The notes: generated by a model not told the origin, from the sequence alone. A stretch of 64,000 nucleotides of DNA from Rickettsiales bacterium (GCA_002729235.1 PBTY01000045.1:359-64358); one strand, 5' to 3'. Positions 55,021 through 64,000 are shown, counted from the stretch's first letter. Numbers and translations: made by a program.

Positions 55021-55368
55021 ATGTATTCAAAAGAACTACTAAAAGGGACCATTGGAGTGATGGTATTGAAGCTGCTGGAGGAGAATGACCGGATGTATGG
55101 TTATGAAATCTCTCAGCGTGTGAAAGAACTCACCGATGGGAAGATACTACTGAAAGATGGATCACTTTATCCGGCTTTGCACAAGCTCCTTAGTGATGGT
55201 ATTGTTGATTTTGAGGAGCAAAGTATTGGTAAGCGAGTGAGGAAGTACTATTTCTTAACCAAGAAAGGTAAAAAGGAAAAAGATGCACAAATCGCTGAGC
55301 TAAAGGATTTTCTTGCAACCATTCAGAAAGTAATATTCACTGATTTGAACAAAATGCCTGCTTTATGA
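55021..55368 (+). CDS. PadR-family transcriptional regulator
   Basis: Track ORF 54988 starts at TTG. The ATG at 55021 gives MYSKELLKGTIGVMVLKLLEENDRMYGYEISQRVKELTDGKILLKDGSLYPALHKLLSDGIV...RKYYFLTKKG. Confidence 0.85.
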   Translation: MYSKELLKGTIGVMVLKLLEENDRMYGYEISQRVKELTDGKILLKDGSLYPALHKLLSDGIVDFEEQSIGKRVRKYYFLTKKGKKEKDAQIAELKDFLATIQKVIFTDLNKMPAL

Positions 55369-55976
55369 TAACTGATGAACAAGTAGACTTCATAGAGAAA
55401 GAAATTCTCAAGGGAGAAGTGAAGAGCAAAGAATTGCGGGATGACTTGCTGGATCACATGTGCTGTCTTGTAGAGATCGATTTAAAAAAAGGCCTGTCTT
55501 TCGAACAGGCCTATCAAAAAGCATTTCTTCAAACCTCACCGAACGGGTATAGTGAGATTCAAAATGAAACTCTTTTTTTACTTAACTATAACAAAATTAT
55601 GAACATGAAACGATTGACCTACATTTCTGGGTTTATTTTTTCCGCGGCCTTCACATTTGGCCTTTTATTCAAGCTGTTACATTGGCCAGGTGCCGATCTG
55701 CAATTACTCATTGGAACTTTTGGCCTTTCCTTCATTTTTGTACCTCTGGTTCTCATCAATAAGTACAAAGCATTGGTGCAGGAAGTCCTTTCAGAACGAA
55801 TGAAATGGATTTTTGGATTACTAAGTCTGGTGCTTTTTGTGGTTGGTACTTTGTTTAAGATCAATCATTTTATGGGTGCCAATATCCTGGTGATTTTTTC
55901 ATTCTTGTTTTTCGGATTTGGATTCTTACCATTCTTGTTTTTTAGAATGTATAAAGAGTCAATGGATAAATTATGA
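55365..55976 (+). CDS. PadR-associated membrane protein with a duplicated LFK..H(W/F)(P/M)GA hairpin
   Basis: 203 aa with ATGA overlaps at both ends. It has a soluble N-terminal ~85 aa and then four TM segments. The motif occurs twice: LLFKLLHWPGADLQLL and TLFKINHFMGANILVI. Confidence 0.6.
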   Translation: MITDEQVDFIEKEILKGEVKSKELRDDLLDHMCCLVEIDLKKGLSFEQAYQKAFLQTSPNGYSEIQNETLFLLNYNKIMNMKRLTYISGFIFSAAFTFGLLFKLLHWPGADLQLLIGTFGLSFIFVPLVLINKYKALVQEVLSERMKWIFGLLSLVLFVVGTLFKINHFMGANILVIFSFLFFGFGFLPFLFFRMYKESMDKL

Positions 55977-56983
55977 GATGGTTATTTCTATTGTTTATAG
56001 TCGCTTTTGGGTGTACTCCTAAACAGCAAGAAATTACATCGGAACAGGTGAAACTTAGATTTGGTGAGTTTGAAACGGGCGAACTCATCAAGACTAAGCC
56101 TGTAGATGTGAGTGCAACTCCTATTCACAAAAAGATCCAAAACCATCCAGATCAATTTAAATACCTCGAACGGGTAGAGGTAAATAGCATGATCTACCAA
56201 AGTGATGGATTGATGGTTACCGGATTTTTGGTGAAGCCTAAAAACCTAGATGCCAATACTCCTGTAATTCTTTACAATCGTGGAGGTAATCAGGAATATG
56301 GTCGTCTTCATGTAGGTCATGCGGTAGAGATATTAGCTCCACTGGCTGATCAGGGATTCATCGTGGCTGCAACCAACTATCGTGGTAACTCCGGAGGGGA
56401 AGGCAAGGAGCAGTTTGGTGGAGATGATGTCAACGATATCTTCAATTTGATTGATGCATTGGGGCAAATCCAACATGCGGATACCAGTAGAGTCGGACTT
56501 TTCGGACTTAGCCGTGGTGGTATGATGACTTATCTGGCCCTGCGACAAGATAGACGACACAAGATTGATGCAGTTGCCAACTTAGGAGGTATTACAGATA
56601 TGCGTAAGACCGTAGAGTATCATCCGGAAATTGGTGCTGTATGTCAGGAACTGATACCGGGTTTTGTTGAGAATCAGGAAGATTTATTGGATTCAAGGTC
56701 TGCCGTAAAGTGGGCACATGAATTACCAAAGGATGTTCCAATGCTTATTATTCATGGAACGGAGGATCAAAGCGTTACTTATCTCCAGATTCCTGATTTT
56801 GTGAATAGGATTCGTACTGAAGAGATTCCATATCGTGCGATCATCTATGAAGGAGATAATCATGGATGTAGGAATCATCAGTCAGAAGTATTGAGTCATC
56901 TACAGACATGGTTTTCAGAAAGGTTAATTGAAGAACAACCTTATCAAGAGCAGGTTTTCGAAATGATTTCGGAGGGAACATAA
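55973..56983 (+). CDS. S9-family (prolyl oligopeptidase-type) alpha/beta hydrolase lipoprotein
   Basis: 336 aa. Lipobox MRWLFLLFIVAFGCTP. Nucleophile elbow GLFGLSRGGMMT (GxSxG). Late Asp/His region HGTEDQSV...GDNHG. Confidence 0.75.
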   Translation: MRWLFLLFIVAFGCTPKQQEITSEQVKLRFGEFETGELIKTKPVDVSATPIHKKIQNHPDQFKYLERVEVNSMIYQSDGLMVTGFLVKPKNLDANTPVILYNRGGNQEYGRLHVGHAVEILAPLADQGFIVAATNYRGNSGGEGKEQFGGDDVNDIFNLIDALGQIQHADTSRVGLFGLSRGGMMTYLALRQDRRHKIDAVANLGGITDMRKTVEYHPEIGAVCQELIPGFVENQEDLLDSRSAVKWAHELPKDVPMLIIHGTEDQSVTYLQIPDFVNRIRTEEIPYRAIIYEGDNHGCRNHQSEVLSHLQTWFSERLIEEQPYQEQVFEMISEGT

Positions 56984-57010
56984 AAAAAAAGGGCCATTTG
57001 GCCCTTTTTT
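56984..57010. terminator. Bidirectional terminator shared by the convergent S9 hydrolase and DUF1343 genes
   Basis: AAAAAAA-GGGCC-attt-GGCCC-TTTTTT. The T-run overlaps the stop codon (57009-57011) of the minus-strand gene. Confidence 0.65.
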
Positions 57011-58166
57011 ATTTGTAGAGTAAGTATCGCTCCCTAAGTTTTTTATATGCTGCTAACTCTTCTCTCCAGCTTTCTCTAATCTCTTTTTCACTTTTTCCGG
57101 AAGTAATTTGCTTTTTGAGTCGTTCGGAACCCGATAACTGGTAGATATAATCTTTGAAGAACTCATCTACTTCAGTATTTCGATAGAAGTTTAACAGATT
57201 GGATAAATCCAGTTCATACTTAGGTTCCTGACCGATGAAGCTTACTCCGACACAAAGTTCATTGTCCAAAGGAGGATATTTAGATCCTGCATTGGGGTGA
57301 GGAGTAAATCCAAAAACGCCACCCTGATAGTTTGGATGTCCGAGCACCTGGAACGGAAAATCGGTTCCACGACCTAGTGAAACAACTGTTCCTTCAAACA
57401 ATACCAAAGAGGGGTAAAGCGAAACTGCCAGATCATTTGGTAGATTAGGTGATGGGGCAATTGGAAGCGAATAGGGCATGTCGTATGTCCAATTTGCCAC
57501 GGGAATTACTTCTAACTCACATTTTAATTTATCTCGCAGCCACCCTTCTCCATTGATCATCAGGGCTAATTCTCCCAAAGTAAGTCCGTGGACCAGAGGA
57601 ATTGGGTGAAGCCCAATAATGGATTCATATTTTTCATTTAGTACCGGTCCATCTACGTAACTTCCATTTGGGTTAGGTCTGTCCAAAATGATAACGGGTA
57701 TATTAGATTCCGCACATGTTTCCATCATCCACGTCATTGTAGAGGCGTAAGTGTAACACCTTACACCTACATCTTGCATGTCGATGATCATGACATCCAA
57801 ACCTTCTACTTGAGCCTTGTTAGGTTTTTTAGAATCCCCATAAAGTGAAATCAATTCAAACCGTTCAGAACTTTCGTCGGTGATCTTTTCGCCATCTGGT
57901 TTATTTCCCTTAAACCCATGTTCTGGACTAAATACCTTAGCAATGCTCACTCCCAGTGACAATAAGGTGTCAGTCAAATGAGTTGAACCAACAATGGATG
58001 TGTGGTTTACAAGGAGGCCAACTTTCTTTCCTTGCAATTTGGGGAGAAGGAGATTGAGTTGTTCGGTCCCTGTTTTCAGATCCTGGGCGTTACTAAGAAG
58101 AGTTGTTGCTAGCAAAAAGATTGCTAATACAACAGACTTCAAATTAGATATCTTGTAATATTGCAT
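57009..58166 (-). CDS. DUF1343-domain protein (NamZ-like exo-beta-N-acetylmuramidase family)
   Basis: 385 aa. Signal ...LLATTLLSNAQ. KKVGLLVNHTSIVG, FSPEHGF, MIIDMQDVGVRCYTY and ILDRPNP are typical of DUF1343. Confidence 0.75.
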   Translation of the reverse strand: MQYYKISNLKSVVLAIFLLATTLLSNAQDLKTGTEQLNLLLPKLQGKKVGLLVNHTSIVGSTHLTDTLLSLGVSIAKVFSPEHGFKGNKPDGEKITDESSERFELISLYGDSKKPNKAQVEGLDVMIIDMQDVGVRCYTYASTMTWMMETCAESNIPVIILDRPNPNGSYVDGPVLNEKYESIIGLHPIPLVHGLTLGELALMINGEGWLRDKLKCELEVIPVANWTYDMPYSLPIAPSPNLPNDLAVSLYPSLVLFEGTVVSLGRGTDFPFQVLGHPNYQGGVFGFTPHPNAGSKYPPLDNELCVGVSFIGQEPKYELDLSNLLNFYRNTEVDEFFKDYIYQLSGSERLKKQITSGKSEKEIRESWREELAAYKKLRERYLLYK

Positions 58167-58184
58167 CTCTCAAAAATACTAATC

Positions 58185-59402
58185 TTGAATTTACCGTATT
58201 TCATATCTAAAAGAATTGCCAAAAATGATACCGGATCTTTTTCCACGGTCATCAACAAGATCGGTATTGTGAGTATAGCTGTGGCTCTTACAGCACTGAT
58301 ATGTTCATTTATGATTCTAAGAGGGTTTGAAAATACCATCAAACAAAAGATTTACAGCTTTAGTGGGCATTTGGTTGTAAGCAAGTATACGCTCTCTACT
58401 TCTTACGAACAGACAAGTATCATTGCAAGTGATTCACTGAAGGAACAATTGTTGAGTCTTCCCGGAATCGATTATATTCAGACCTATGCCTATAAAGCCG
58501 GACTCCTTAAAACCGATGAAGAGGTACAAGGAATTATCTTAAAAGGAATTGATAATCAATTTGATACCACTTCTTTTTCCAAACATATGATTGCAGGAGG
58601 GTTTCCACAGTTTCCTGAAGAGGGATATGGGACCGAAGTGGCGATAAGTTCAAAGATTGCTAATTATTTGAGGCTTGGTGTTGGAGACGATGTGATGGTC
58701 CTTTTCTATCAAACTCCTCCGCGTTTCAGAAAGTTGAAAATCACCGGGATTTATGAAACGGGTCTGGAGGATTTTGATACCAAAGTAATACTTGGAGACA
58801 TCAACCTTGTTCGTAGATTAAATGACTGGGGTGAGAATACGGTTGGAGGAATAGAGATTTTTCTGGACGATCCTAATAAAATGGACGATGCAGAGACGCT
58901 CGTTTTTGAAAATACTGATACAGACCTGTACGTTGACAAGGTCAGTGATAAGTACATGCAGATCTTTGATTGGTTACGACTTTTAGATCGCAATGTGATC
59001 ATTTTCTTCACCATCATTCTGGTGGTGGCTTCCTTCAATATGGTAAGTATATTGCTGATCTTAATTATGGAAAGAACTCAAATGATTGGAGTCTTAAAAT
59101 CGCTTGGAGCATCCAATGGTCTGATTCGAAGAATTTTCTTTTTTAATGGGTTTAATCTGATTTTGAAGGGCTTGTTCTGGGGGAACCTGATTAGTTTGGC
59201 TTTTTGCTGGCTTCAAATGCAGTATCAACTTATTCCACTAGACCCTGAAAATTACTACATGAATCACGTGCCAATTTTGTTTGATTTTACGGCAGTTGTA
59301 TGGATTAATGCATTTATCGTGCTGATCACAGCCATGGCATTATTTATCCCACTTGGTGTCATCTCCAGAATAAAACCAATCAAAGCCATTCGCTTTGATT
59401 AA
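58185..59402 (+). CDS. FtsX/LolE-like ABC transporter permease
   Basis: The track ORF starts at TTG 58161, which would overlap the divergent DUF1343 start. The in-frame TTG at 58185 gives MNLPYFISKRIAKNDTGSFSTVINKIGIVSIAVALTAL, the usual LolC/E N-terminus. The C-terminal FtsX domain is ...VASFNMVSILLILIMERTQMIGVLKSLGASNGLIRRIF. The start is uncertain. Confidence 0.75.
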   Translation: MNLPYFISKRIAKNDTGSFSTVINKIGIVSIAVALTALICSFMILRGFENTIKQKIYSFSGHLVVSKYTLSTSYEQTSIIASDSLKEQLLSLPGIDYIQTYAYKAGLLKTDEEVQGIILKGIDNQFDTTSFSKHMIAGGFPQFPEEGYGTEVAISSKIANYLRLGVGDDVMVLFYQTPPRFRKLKITGIYETGLEDFDTKVILGDINLVRRLNDWGENTVGGIEIFLDDPNKMDDAETLVFENTDTDLYVDKVSDKYMQIFDWLRLLDRNVIIFFTIILVVASFNMVSILLILIMERTQMIGVLKSLGASNGLIRRIFFFNGFNLILKGLFWGNLISLAFCWLQMQYQLIPLDPENYYMNHVPILFDFTAVVWINAFIVLITAMALFIPLGVISRIKPIKAIRFD

Positions 59403-60146
59403 CTATACCACGTGGTAGGGTTGGTACTTTCGGAATAAACTTCTGATCTTCATTTGGATTACTCCGAAGATGGCTTCTTTAAAAATGCCTTTGGACATTT
59501 TGCTGTTGCCTTTGGCTCTCTCGGTGAAGATGATTGGCACTTCTACAATATTGAAACCGTGCTTCCATGCTGTGAACTTCATCTCTATCTGGAATGCATA
59601 ACCAATGAAGTGGATTTTCTCCGGGTCAATTGTTTCCAATACGCTTCTGTGGTAGCATTTGAAACCGGCAGTACTGTCTTTAATTGGTAATCCAGTGACC
59701 AGTCTTACATAGATACTAGCAAAGTAAGACATCAAAACTCGCCCCATTGGCCAGTTGACCACATTCACACCTTTGATGTATCGAGATCCAATGGACATAT
59801 CCGCTCCACCTTCAGCACACGCTTCATAAAGTGCTACCAGGTCATTAGGATTATGTGAAAAGTCTGCGTCCATTTCATAGACATAGTCATATCCATGTTC
59901 CACAGCAAATGAAAACCCTCGGATGTAGGCTGTGCCCAGTCCTAACTTTCCTTCTCTTTCAATAAGGTGAACTCTATTCGGGAATTCTTCCTGAAGTTCT
60001 CTGACAATATCTGCGGTACCATCTGGGGAACCATCGTCAATGACCAACAATTCAAAGGGTACAGGCAGAGTCATCACCGCGGTGGTAATGTCGCGGATGT
60101 TCTCCTTTTCATTGTATGTTGGTATAATAACGAGGTTTCTATGCAC
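59403..60146 (-). CDS. GT2 polyprenol-phosphate mannose synthase-like glycosyltransferase
   Basis: 247 aa. LVIIPTYNEKENI, LLVIDDGSPDGTADIV, YVYEMDADFSHNP. Confidence 0.8.
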   Translation of the reverse strand: MHRNLVIIPTYNEKENIRDITTAVMTLPVPFELLVIDDGSPDGTADIVRELQEEFPNRVHLIEREGKLGLGTAYIRGFSFAVEHGYDYVYEMDADFSHNPNDLVALYEACAEGGADMSIGSRYIKGVNVVNWPMGRVLMSYFASIYVRLVTGLPIKDSTAGFKCYHRSVLETIDPEKIHFIGYAFQIEMKFTAWKHGFNIVEVPIIFTERAKGNSKMSKGIFKEAIFGVIQMKIRSLFRKYQPYHVV

Positions 60147-60170
60147 GAGTACTTATAATATAACTGATTT

Positions 60171-61565
60171 TTAGGACTTTCCGTATCCCAGGATCTTCAT
60201 CATTTGCTCACTCTCTTGCTCTGGAGCAAACAGTTCAGAAGTTACCTTACCATTCTCATCCTTGTTGATAATGATGTGTTTCGGTGCCGGGATTAAGCAG
60301 TGTTGAATGCCGCCATAACCCCCTAAGGACTCCTGGTAAGCACCTGTATGGAAGAAACCAAAGTACAAGGTCTCATCTTCATCGGTTCTTGGTAAGAACA
60401 CTTCACCAATATGAGCCTCAGAATCATAGTAATCCTGGCTGTCACAAGTAAGACCTCCAATGTTTACCCTATGGAATGGATTATCCCAGTGATTGACAGG
60501 AAGCATAATGAATTTCTCATTTAGACCCCATACATCTGGCATGTGCGTGATGAAAGATCCATCCATCATGTACCAAAGTTCTTTGTCGTTTTGCAGCTTA
60601 GAGTTTAGTACACTATATATTGTAGCTCCACTTTCACCTACGGTAAATGATCCAAATTCAGAAATAATGTTTGGAACCGGAACGTGATTCTTTTGACAGA
60701 TCCATTTGATGTTAGATACGATCTGATCGGCCATATAGCCATAGTCGTATTCGAAACCTAATGAGTTTTTAATAGGGAAACCACCACCAATATCGATTGT
60801 GTCAAGATCTGGACAGATCTTTTTCAATTCACAATATTTGTAAACAAATCTACTTAGCTCACTCCAATAATAAGCCGTGTCCTTTATTCCCGTATTGATA
60901 AAGAAATGAAGTAGCTTCAATTTTGCTTTGGTGCCAGCAATCATTTCTTTGTAATGAGGAACAATGTCCCCGTATCTGATTCCTAAACGAGATGTATAGA
61001 ATGCGAAGTTCGGTTCTTCGTCTGCAGCGATTCTGATGCCTACCTTGAACTCACCTTCCACGTTTTTGTGGTAATAAGCTAGCTCATCCAGGTTATCCAA
61101 AACCGGCATGGTATTCTTAAATCCATCATTGATTAAATCAGCGATGTACTGCAGGTACAATGGTCTTTTGAAGCCATTACAAACCACCATTCGATCCTTG
61201 CTGAAGTGTCCTGTTTCATTAAGTCGTCTGATGATGGGAATATCGTACGCAGAAGAAGTCTCCAAATGGATATCATTTCGTAGACCTTCCTCCAATACAA
61301 ATTTGAAATGTGACGATTTCGTGCAATAGCAATACGAATAAGTACCTTCATACTTGTTCTTAGCTATGGCATCATTGAATATCTTTTTCGCAAACTGAAT
61401 GTTCTGACTGATCTTCGGTAAGTAACTCAATTTCAGAGGAGTTCCATACTGTTCGATAATCTCCATCAGATTCACATCATGAAACCAAAGTTGATTGTTT
61501 TCAACTCTGAATTCCTTAGTAGGAAAGTAAAACGTCTGTTCAATTAAGTCTGCGTAGCTTTTCAT
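60171..61565 (-). CDS. speA: Arginine decarboxylase (PLP-dependent, Bacteroidota short SpeA type)
   Basis: 464 aa. N-terminus MKSYADLIEQTFYFPTKEFRVENNQLWFHDVNLMEIIEQYGTPLKLSYLP. Alanine-racemase-fold decarboxylase motifs are YCYCTKSS (PLP Lys region), DIGGGFP and GGLTCDSQD. Confidence 0.75.
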   Translation of the reverse strand: MKSYADLIEQTFYFPTKEFRVENNQLWFHDVNLMEIIEQYGTPLKLSYLPKISQNIQFAKKIFNDAIAKNKYEGTYSYCYCTKSSHFKFVLEEGLRNDIHLETSSAYDIPIIRRLNETGHFSKDRMVVCNGFKRPLYLQYIADLINDGFKNTMPVLDNLDELAYYHKNVEGEFKVGIRIAADEEPNFAFYTSRLGIRYGDIVPHYKEMIAGTKAKLKLLHFFINTGIKDTAYYWSELSRFVYKYCELKKICPDLDTIDIGGGFPIKNSLGFEYDYGYMADQIVSNIKWICQKNHVPVPNIISEFGSFTVGESGATIYSVLNSKLQNDKELWYMMDGSFITHMPDVWGLNEKFIMLPVNHWDNPFHRVNIGGLTCDSQDYYDSEAHIGEVFLPRTDEDETLYFGFFHTGAYQESLGGYGGIQHCLIPAPKHIIINKDENGKVTSELFAPEQESEQMMKILGYGKS

Positions 61566-61682
61566 GAGAAAGGCATTAGAATTTCAAAGTATAAAAAGAG
61601 GCACAATATTGACAAAAAAAAAGCAAAACACTGTGCAGCTAATATTAATATTTGATGAGACCTAAATATGTTTTCAATCTTT

Positions 61683-61690
61683 TAGTTTTG
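61683..61690 (+). promoter_or_regulatory. Candidate Bacteroidota -7 promoter box (TAnnTTTG)
   Basis: TAGTTTTG at 61683-61690, 28 nt upstream of the ATG at 61719. It matches the Bacteroides-type -7 consensus TAnnTTTG. Confidence 0.35.
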
Positions 61691-61718
61691 CGGACTGATT
61701 TTCAAATAAACAAACCAA

Positions 61719-62633
61719 ATGATCAAGCTTAACATTAAGGACGAAACATCACCCCTTGAGGCTGTTGTACTAGGCACAGCTCAAAGTTTCGGAGGCACTC
61801 CTAAGCTGGAAGATGCGTATGATCCCAAATCAGCGGAGCATATAAAAGACGGAACCTATCCGCTTGAGGAGGATATGGTGAGAGAAATGGATGCTTTCAA
61901 TGCTGTATTTGAGAAATATGATGTGAAGGTGTATCGTCCTGAAATGATCAGAGACCTCAATCAAATCTTTACTCGAGACATTGCATTCGTCATTGACGAC
62001 TATTTCTTCAAATCAAACATCCTCCCTGATCGTGAGCCAGAGCTTGATGCTATTGATCATGTAGTGTGCCAAATAGATCAGGATAAAGTGATTACGGCTC
62101 CTGCTGAAGTGCATGTGGAAGGAGGAGATGTGATGATTCATGGAGAGCATTTATTTATTGGCACTTATAAGGGAGCTGATTATCCTGATTACATCACAGC
62201 AAGAACGAATAAGGAAGGTGTAGACTTCCTGAAAGAGTTTTTCCCCAACAGAATTGTGAAGGAATTTAACCTATCAAAGTCTAACACAGTAGCAGAGGAC
62301 AATGCATTGCATTTGGACTGTTGTTTCCAGCCGGTAGGTAAAGACAAAGCGATCATTCACAAAGAAGGCTTTCTGGATGAAGAGGATTATCAATACCTGG
62401 TGGATCTTTTTGGAATGGATAATTTGTTCCATATTACCAAGCGTGAGATGTACCACATGTTTAGTAATGTATTCTCCATTTCTCCAGAAGTTGTTGTTTC
62501 CGAAAAGAACTTTACTCGTCTTAATGATTGGTTGAGAGGTCATGGATTGACTGTGGAGGAAATTCCTTATGCGGAGATTGCCAAGCAAGAAGGCTTGCTA
62601 AGATGTTCTACTTTACCATTGAGAAGAAAATGA
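61719..62633 (+). CDS. Amidinotransferase-fold enzyme (arginine deiminase / DDAH family)
   Basis: 304 aa. NALHLDCCF (His/Asp region), a C-terminal catalytic Cys in EGLLRCSTLPL, and HVEGGDVMIHG. Confidence 0.7.
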   Translation: MIKLNIKDETSPLEAVVLGTAQSFGGTPKLEDAYDPKSAEHIKDGTYPLEEDMVREMDAFNAVFEKYDVKVYRPEMIRDLNQIFTRDIAFVIDDYFFKSNILPDREPELDAIDHVVCQIDQDKVITAPAEVHVEGGDVMIHGEHLFIGTYKGADYPDYITARTNKEGVDFLKEFFPNRIVKEFNLSKSNTVAEDNALHLDCCFQPVGKDKAIIHKEGFLDEEDYQYLVDLFGMDNLFHITKREMYHMFSNVFSISPEVVVSEKNFTRLNDWLRGHGLTVEEIPYAEIAKQEGLLRCSTLPLRRK

Positions 62634-63565
62634 GCCGACAGATTACCGATACATTGATGATGATTCGTCCAGTTTCATTTTATATGAATGAGCAAACGGC
62701 AGTCAATAACTATTATCAAAAGAAACTAGAAGGCCTTAGTAACGAGCAAGTACAGGACAAGGCCTTGTCTGAGTTTGATGGCTTTGTCGCTAAGTTGCGA
62801 ACTGCTGGAGTGAATGTGGAGGTATTTGATGATACTCCAGATCCATCAACCCCAGACTCAATTTTCCCCAACAATTGGGTGAGTTTTCACGAGAGTGGCA
62901 AGGTTTGGTTGTATCCAATGTATGCCATTAACCGACGGTTGGAGAGAAGAGAAGATTTATTGGAGTCTTTAAGTGAGAAATTCGAGATTGAATCTGTCGA
63001 CGGCTTCCTTGATTGGGAAATGGATAACAAATTCCTTGAAGGTACAGGAAGTTTGATTTTGGATCGTCAGAACAAGATCGCTTATGCGGCTATTTCGGAG
63101 AGAACCAATCCAGATGTGCTGGCTGACTTCATGGAGAAAACGGGTTACACAGTGGTTTCTTTCATTGCTAATCAAACAGTTAATGGTCAGCGACTACCAA
63201 TCTATCATACTAATGTGATGATGTGTTTGGGAGAGTCTTTTGCTGTAATTTGCGCGGATTGTATTGATGATCAGAAGGAACGTCAACGTGTTATAGACTC
63301 ACTTGAAAAGACGAATAAAGAAATAGTTTATATCACTGAAGAGCAAAAAGGACGCTTTGCGGGAAACATGCTGCAGGTTCAGAATGCTACAGGTGATAAA
63401 TTTGTAGTGATGTCTCGAGCGGCATTCACTTCATTGACAGAAGAACAAAAGGAGCAGCTGTCCAAACATGGTCAGTTGCTACATAGTAGTTTAGATACGA
63501 TAGAAGCTTTAGGTGGCGGAAGCGCCAGATGTATGATGGCAGAAGTATTTTTGCCTAAGAAATAG
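62630..63565 (+). CDS. Arginine-deiminase-related amidinotransferase-fold hydrolase (CtlX-like citrulline utilisation type)
   Basis: Track ORF is 62528-63565. The ATG at 62630 forms an ATGA overlap with the upstream stop and gives MSRQITDTLMMIRPVSFYMNEQTAVNNYYQ. PDSIFPNNW, HTNVMM, and a C-terminal GGGSARCMMAEVF (catalytic Cys). Confidence 0.65.
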   Translation: MSRQITDTLMMIRPVSFYMNEQTAVNNYYQKKLEGLSNEQVQDKALSEFDGFVAKLRTAGVNVEVFDDTPDPSTPDSIFPNNWVSFHESGKVWLYPMYAINRRLERREDLLESLSEKFEIESVDGFLDWEMDNKFLEGTGSLILDRQNKIAYAAISERTNPDVLADFMEKTGYTVVSFIANQTVNGQRLPIYHTNVMMCLGESFAVICADCIDDQKERQRVIDSLEKTNKEIVYITEEQKGRFAGNMLQVQNATGDKFVVMSRAAFTSLTEEQKEQLSKHGQLLHSSLDTIEALGGGSARCMMAEVFLPKK

Positions 63566-63569
63566 AAAG

Positions 63570-64000
63570 ATGAATTTGATAGACAAGCAACTTAAGGAGG
63601 AGATTGTAAAAGCATTCAAGACATTATTTGATTTTGATTTGAGTGCCAGTGAGTTTGAATTGCAGCCTACCAGAAAAGAGTTTGAAGGGACTCATACGTT
63701 GGTCGTATTTCCTTATTTGAGACAAACCAAAAAGGGTCCTGAGCAATCTGGAGAAGCAATTGGTGAATACTTGAAGGAACATTCTCCAATAGTATCGGCT
63801 TACAACGTGGTGAAGGGGTTTTTGAATTTGTCTATTGCAGAGTCTGCCTGGGTGAATGTATTGCAGAACATTTCTGCAGAACCATCATTTGGGCAATATG
63901 AGCCAACTGGCGAAAAAGTAATGGTGGAGTTTAGCTCACCAAATACAAACAAGCCACTTCACCTTGGTCACCTTCGAAATAACTTTTTGGGAGACTCAGT
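63570..64000 (+). CDS. argS: Arginine--tRNA ligase, 5' part (continues beyond window)
   Basis: ATG at 63570, open to the window end. Translation is MNLIDKQLKEEIVKAFKTLFDF...VMVEFSSPNTNKPLHLGHLRNNFLGDS (class I HIGH motif HLGH in the ArgRS context). Confidence 0.85.
   Translation, partial: MNLIDKQLKEEIVKAFKTLFDFDLSASEFELQPTRKEFEGTHTLVVFPYLRQTKKGPEQSGEAIGEYLKEHSPIVSAYNVVKGFLNLSIAESAWVNVLQNISAEPSFGQYEPTGEKVMVEFSSPNTNKPLHLGHLRNNFLGDS

Noticed and set aside
1-64000. Search for mobile elements, CRISPR arrays, rRNA/tRNA genes and known riboswitch-like leaders across all intergenic regions.
   Set aside because: No transposase, integrase or recombinase motifs appear in any ORF. There are no long direct or inverted terminal repeats, no spaced repeat arrays and no cloverleaf-compatible sequences. 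Absence is judged by eye only and should be confirmed with tRNAscan-SE, Infernal/Rfam and ISfinder searches.

Overview
This 64-kb window looks like chromosome from a Bacteroidota bacterium, probably a Cytophagia- or Flavobacteriia-like lineage. Supporting features are a SusC/SusD pair, a hybrid two-component sensor with an AraC tail, T9SS-type C-terminal sorting tails, a lipidated Omp85 next to TamB, and many ATGA-coupled or TTG-started genes. Coding density is high. I call about 50 CDS and found no rRNA, tRNA, CRISPR array, transposase or integrase.

Layout:
- (1) 1-733: a small GNAT-like plus HTH-like gene pair.
- (2) 959-23291: a polysaccharide utilization locus. A divergent arm carries a GH2-like enzyme and a GH29 fucosidase. 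The main operon runs HTCS, SusC, SusD, a surface lipoprotein, BACON-GH5, GH2 and a PA14-containing GH31. This gene set matches a xyloglucan-type PUL.
- (3) 23.3-25.3 kb: an AT-rich islet with two paralogous-looking membrane-anchored helical proteins and odd intergenic sequence.
- (4) 25.3-28.4 kb: a four-gene cluster of unrecognisable envelope proteins.
- (5) 28.6-30.6 kb: a YHYH / MORN(YwqK) / SCO1 triad.
- (6) 30.9-64 kb: mostly housekeeping and envelope genes. These are a GNAT, a TPR-LuxR regulator behind a 545-nt gene-free region, CsbD, TamL-type Omp85 plus TamB, a 2-oxoacid dehydrogenase E2, CinA, DUF4197, an EF-hand protein, an MBL hydrolase, a T9SS cargo pair including a 1388-aa S8 protease, SDR, DHFR, Fmt, a PadR-membrane-S9 operon, NamZ-like DUF1343, a LolE-like permease, a GT2 mannose-P synthase, arginine decarboxylase, two amidinotransferase-fold enzymes and the 5' end of argS.

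Limits: every family call rests on motifs I recognise in the supplied translations. No homology or HMM search was possible. Start codons are often ambiguous because many track ORFs begin at TTG.

No single block is clearly a new system. The best candidates for follow-up are the AT-rich islet, the four-gene envelope cluster, the YHYH-MORN-SCO triad, the TGCTAAC motif array with an orphan terminator upstream of the TPR-LuxR gene, and the fucosidase arm of the PUL.
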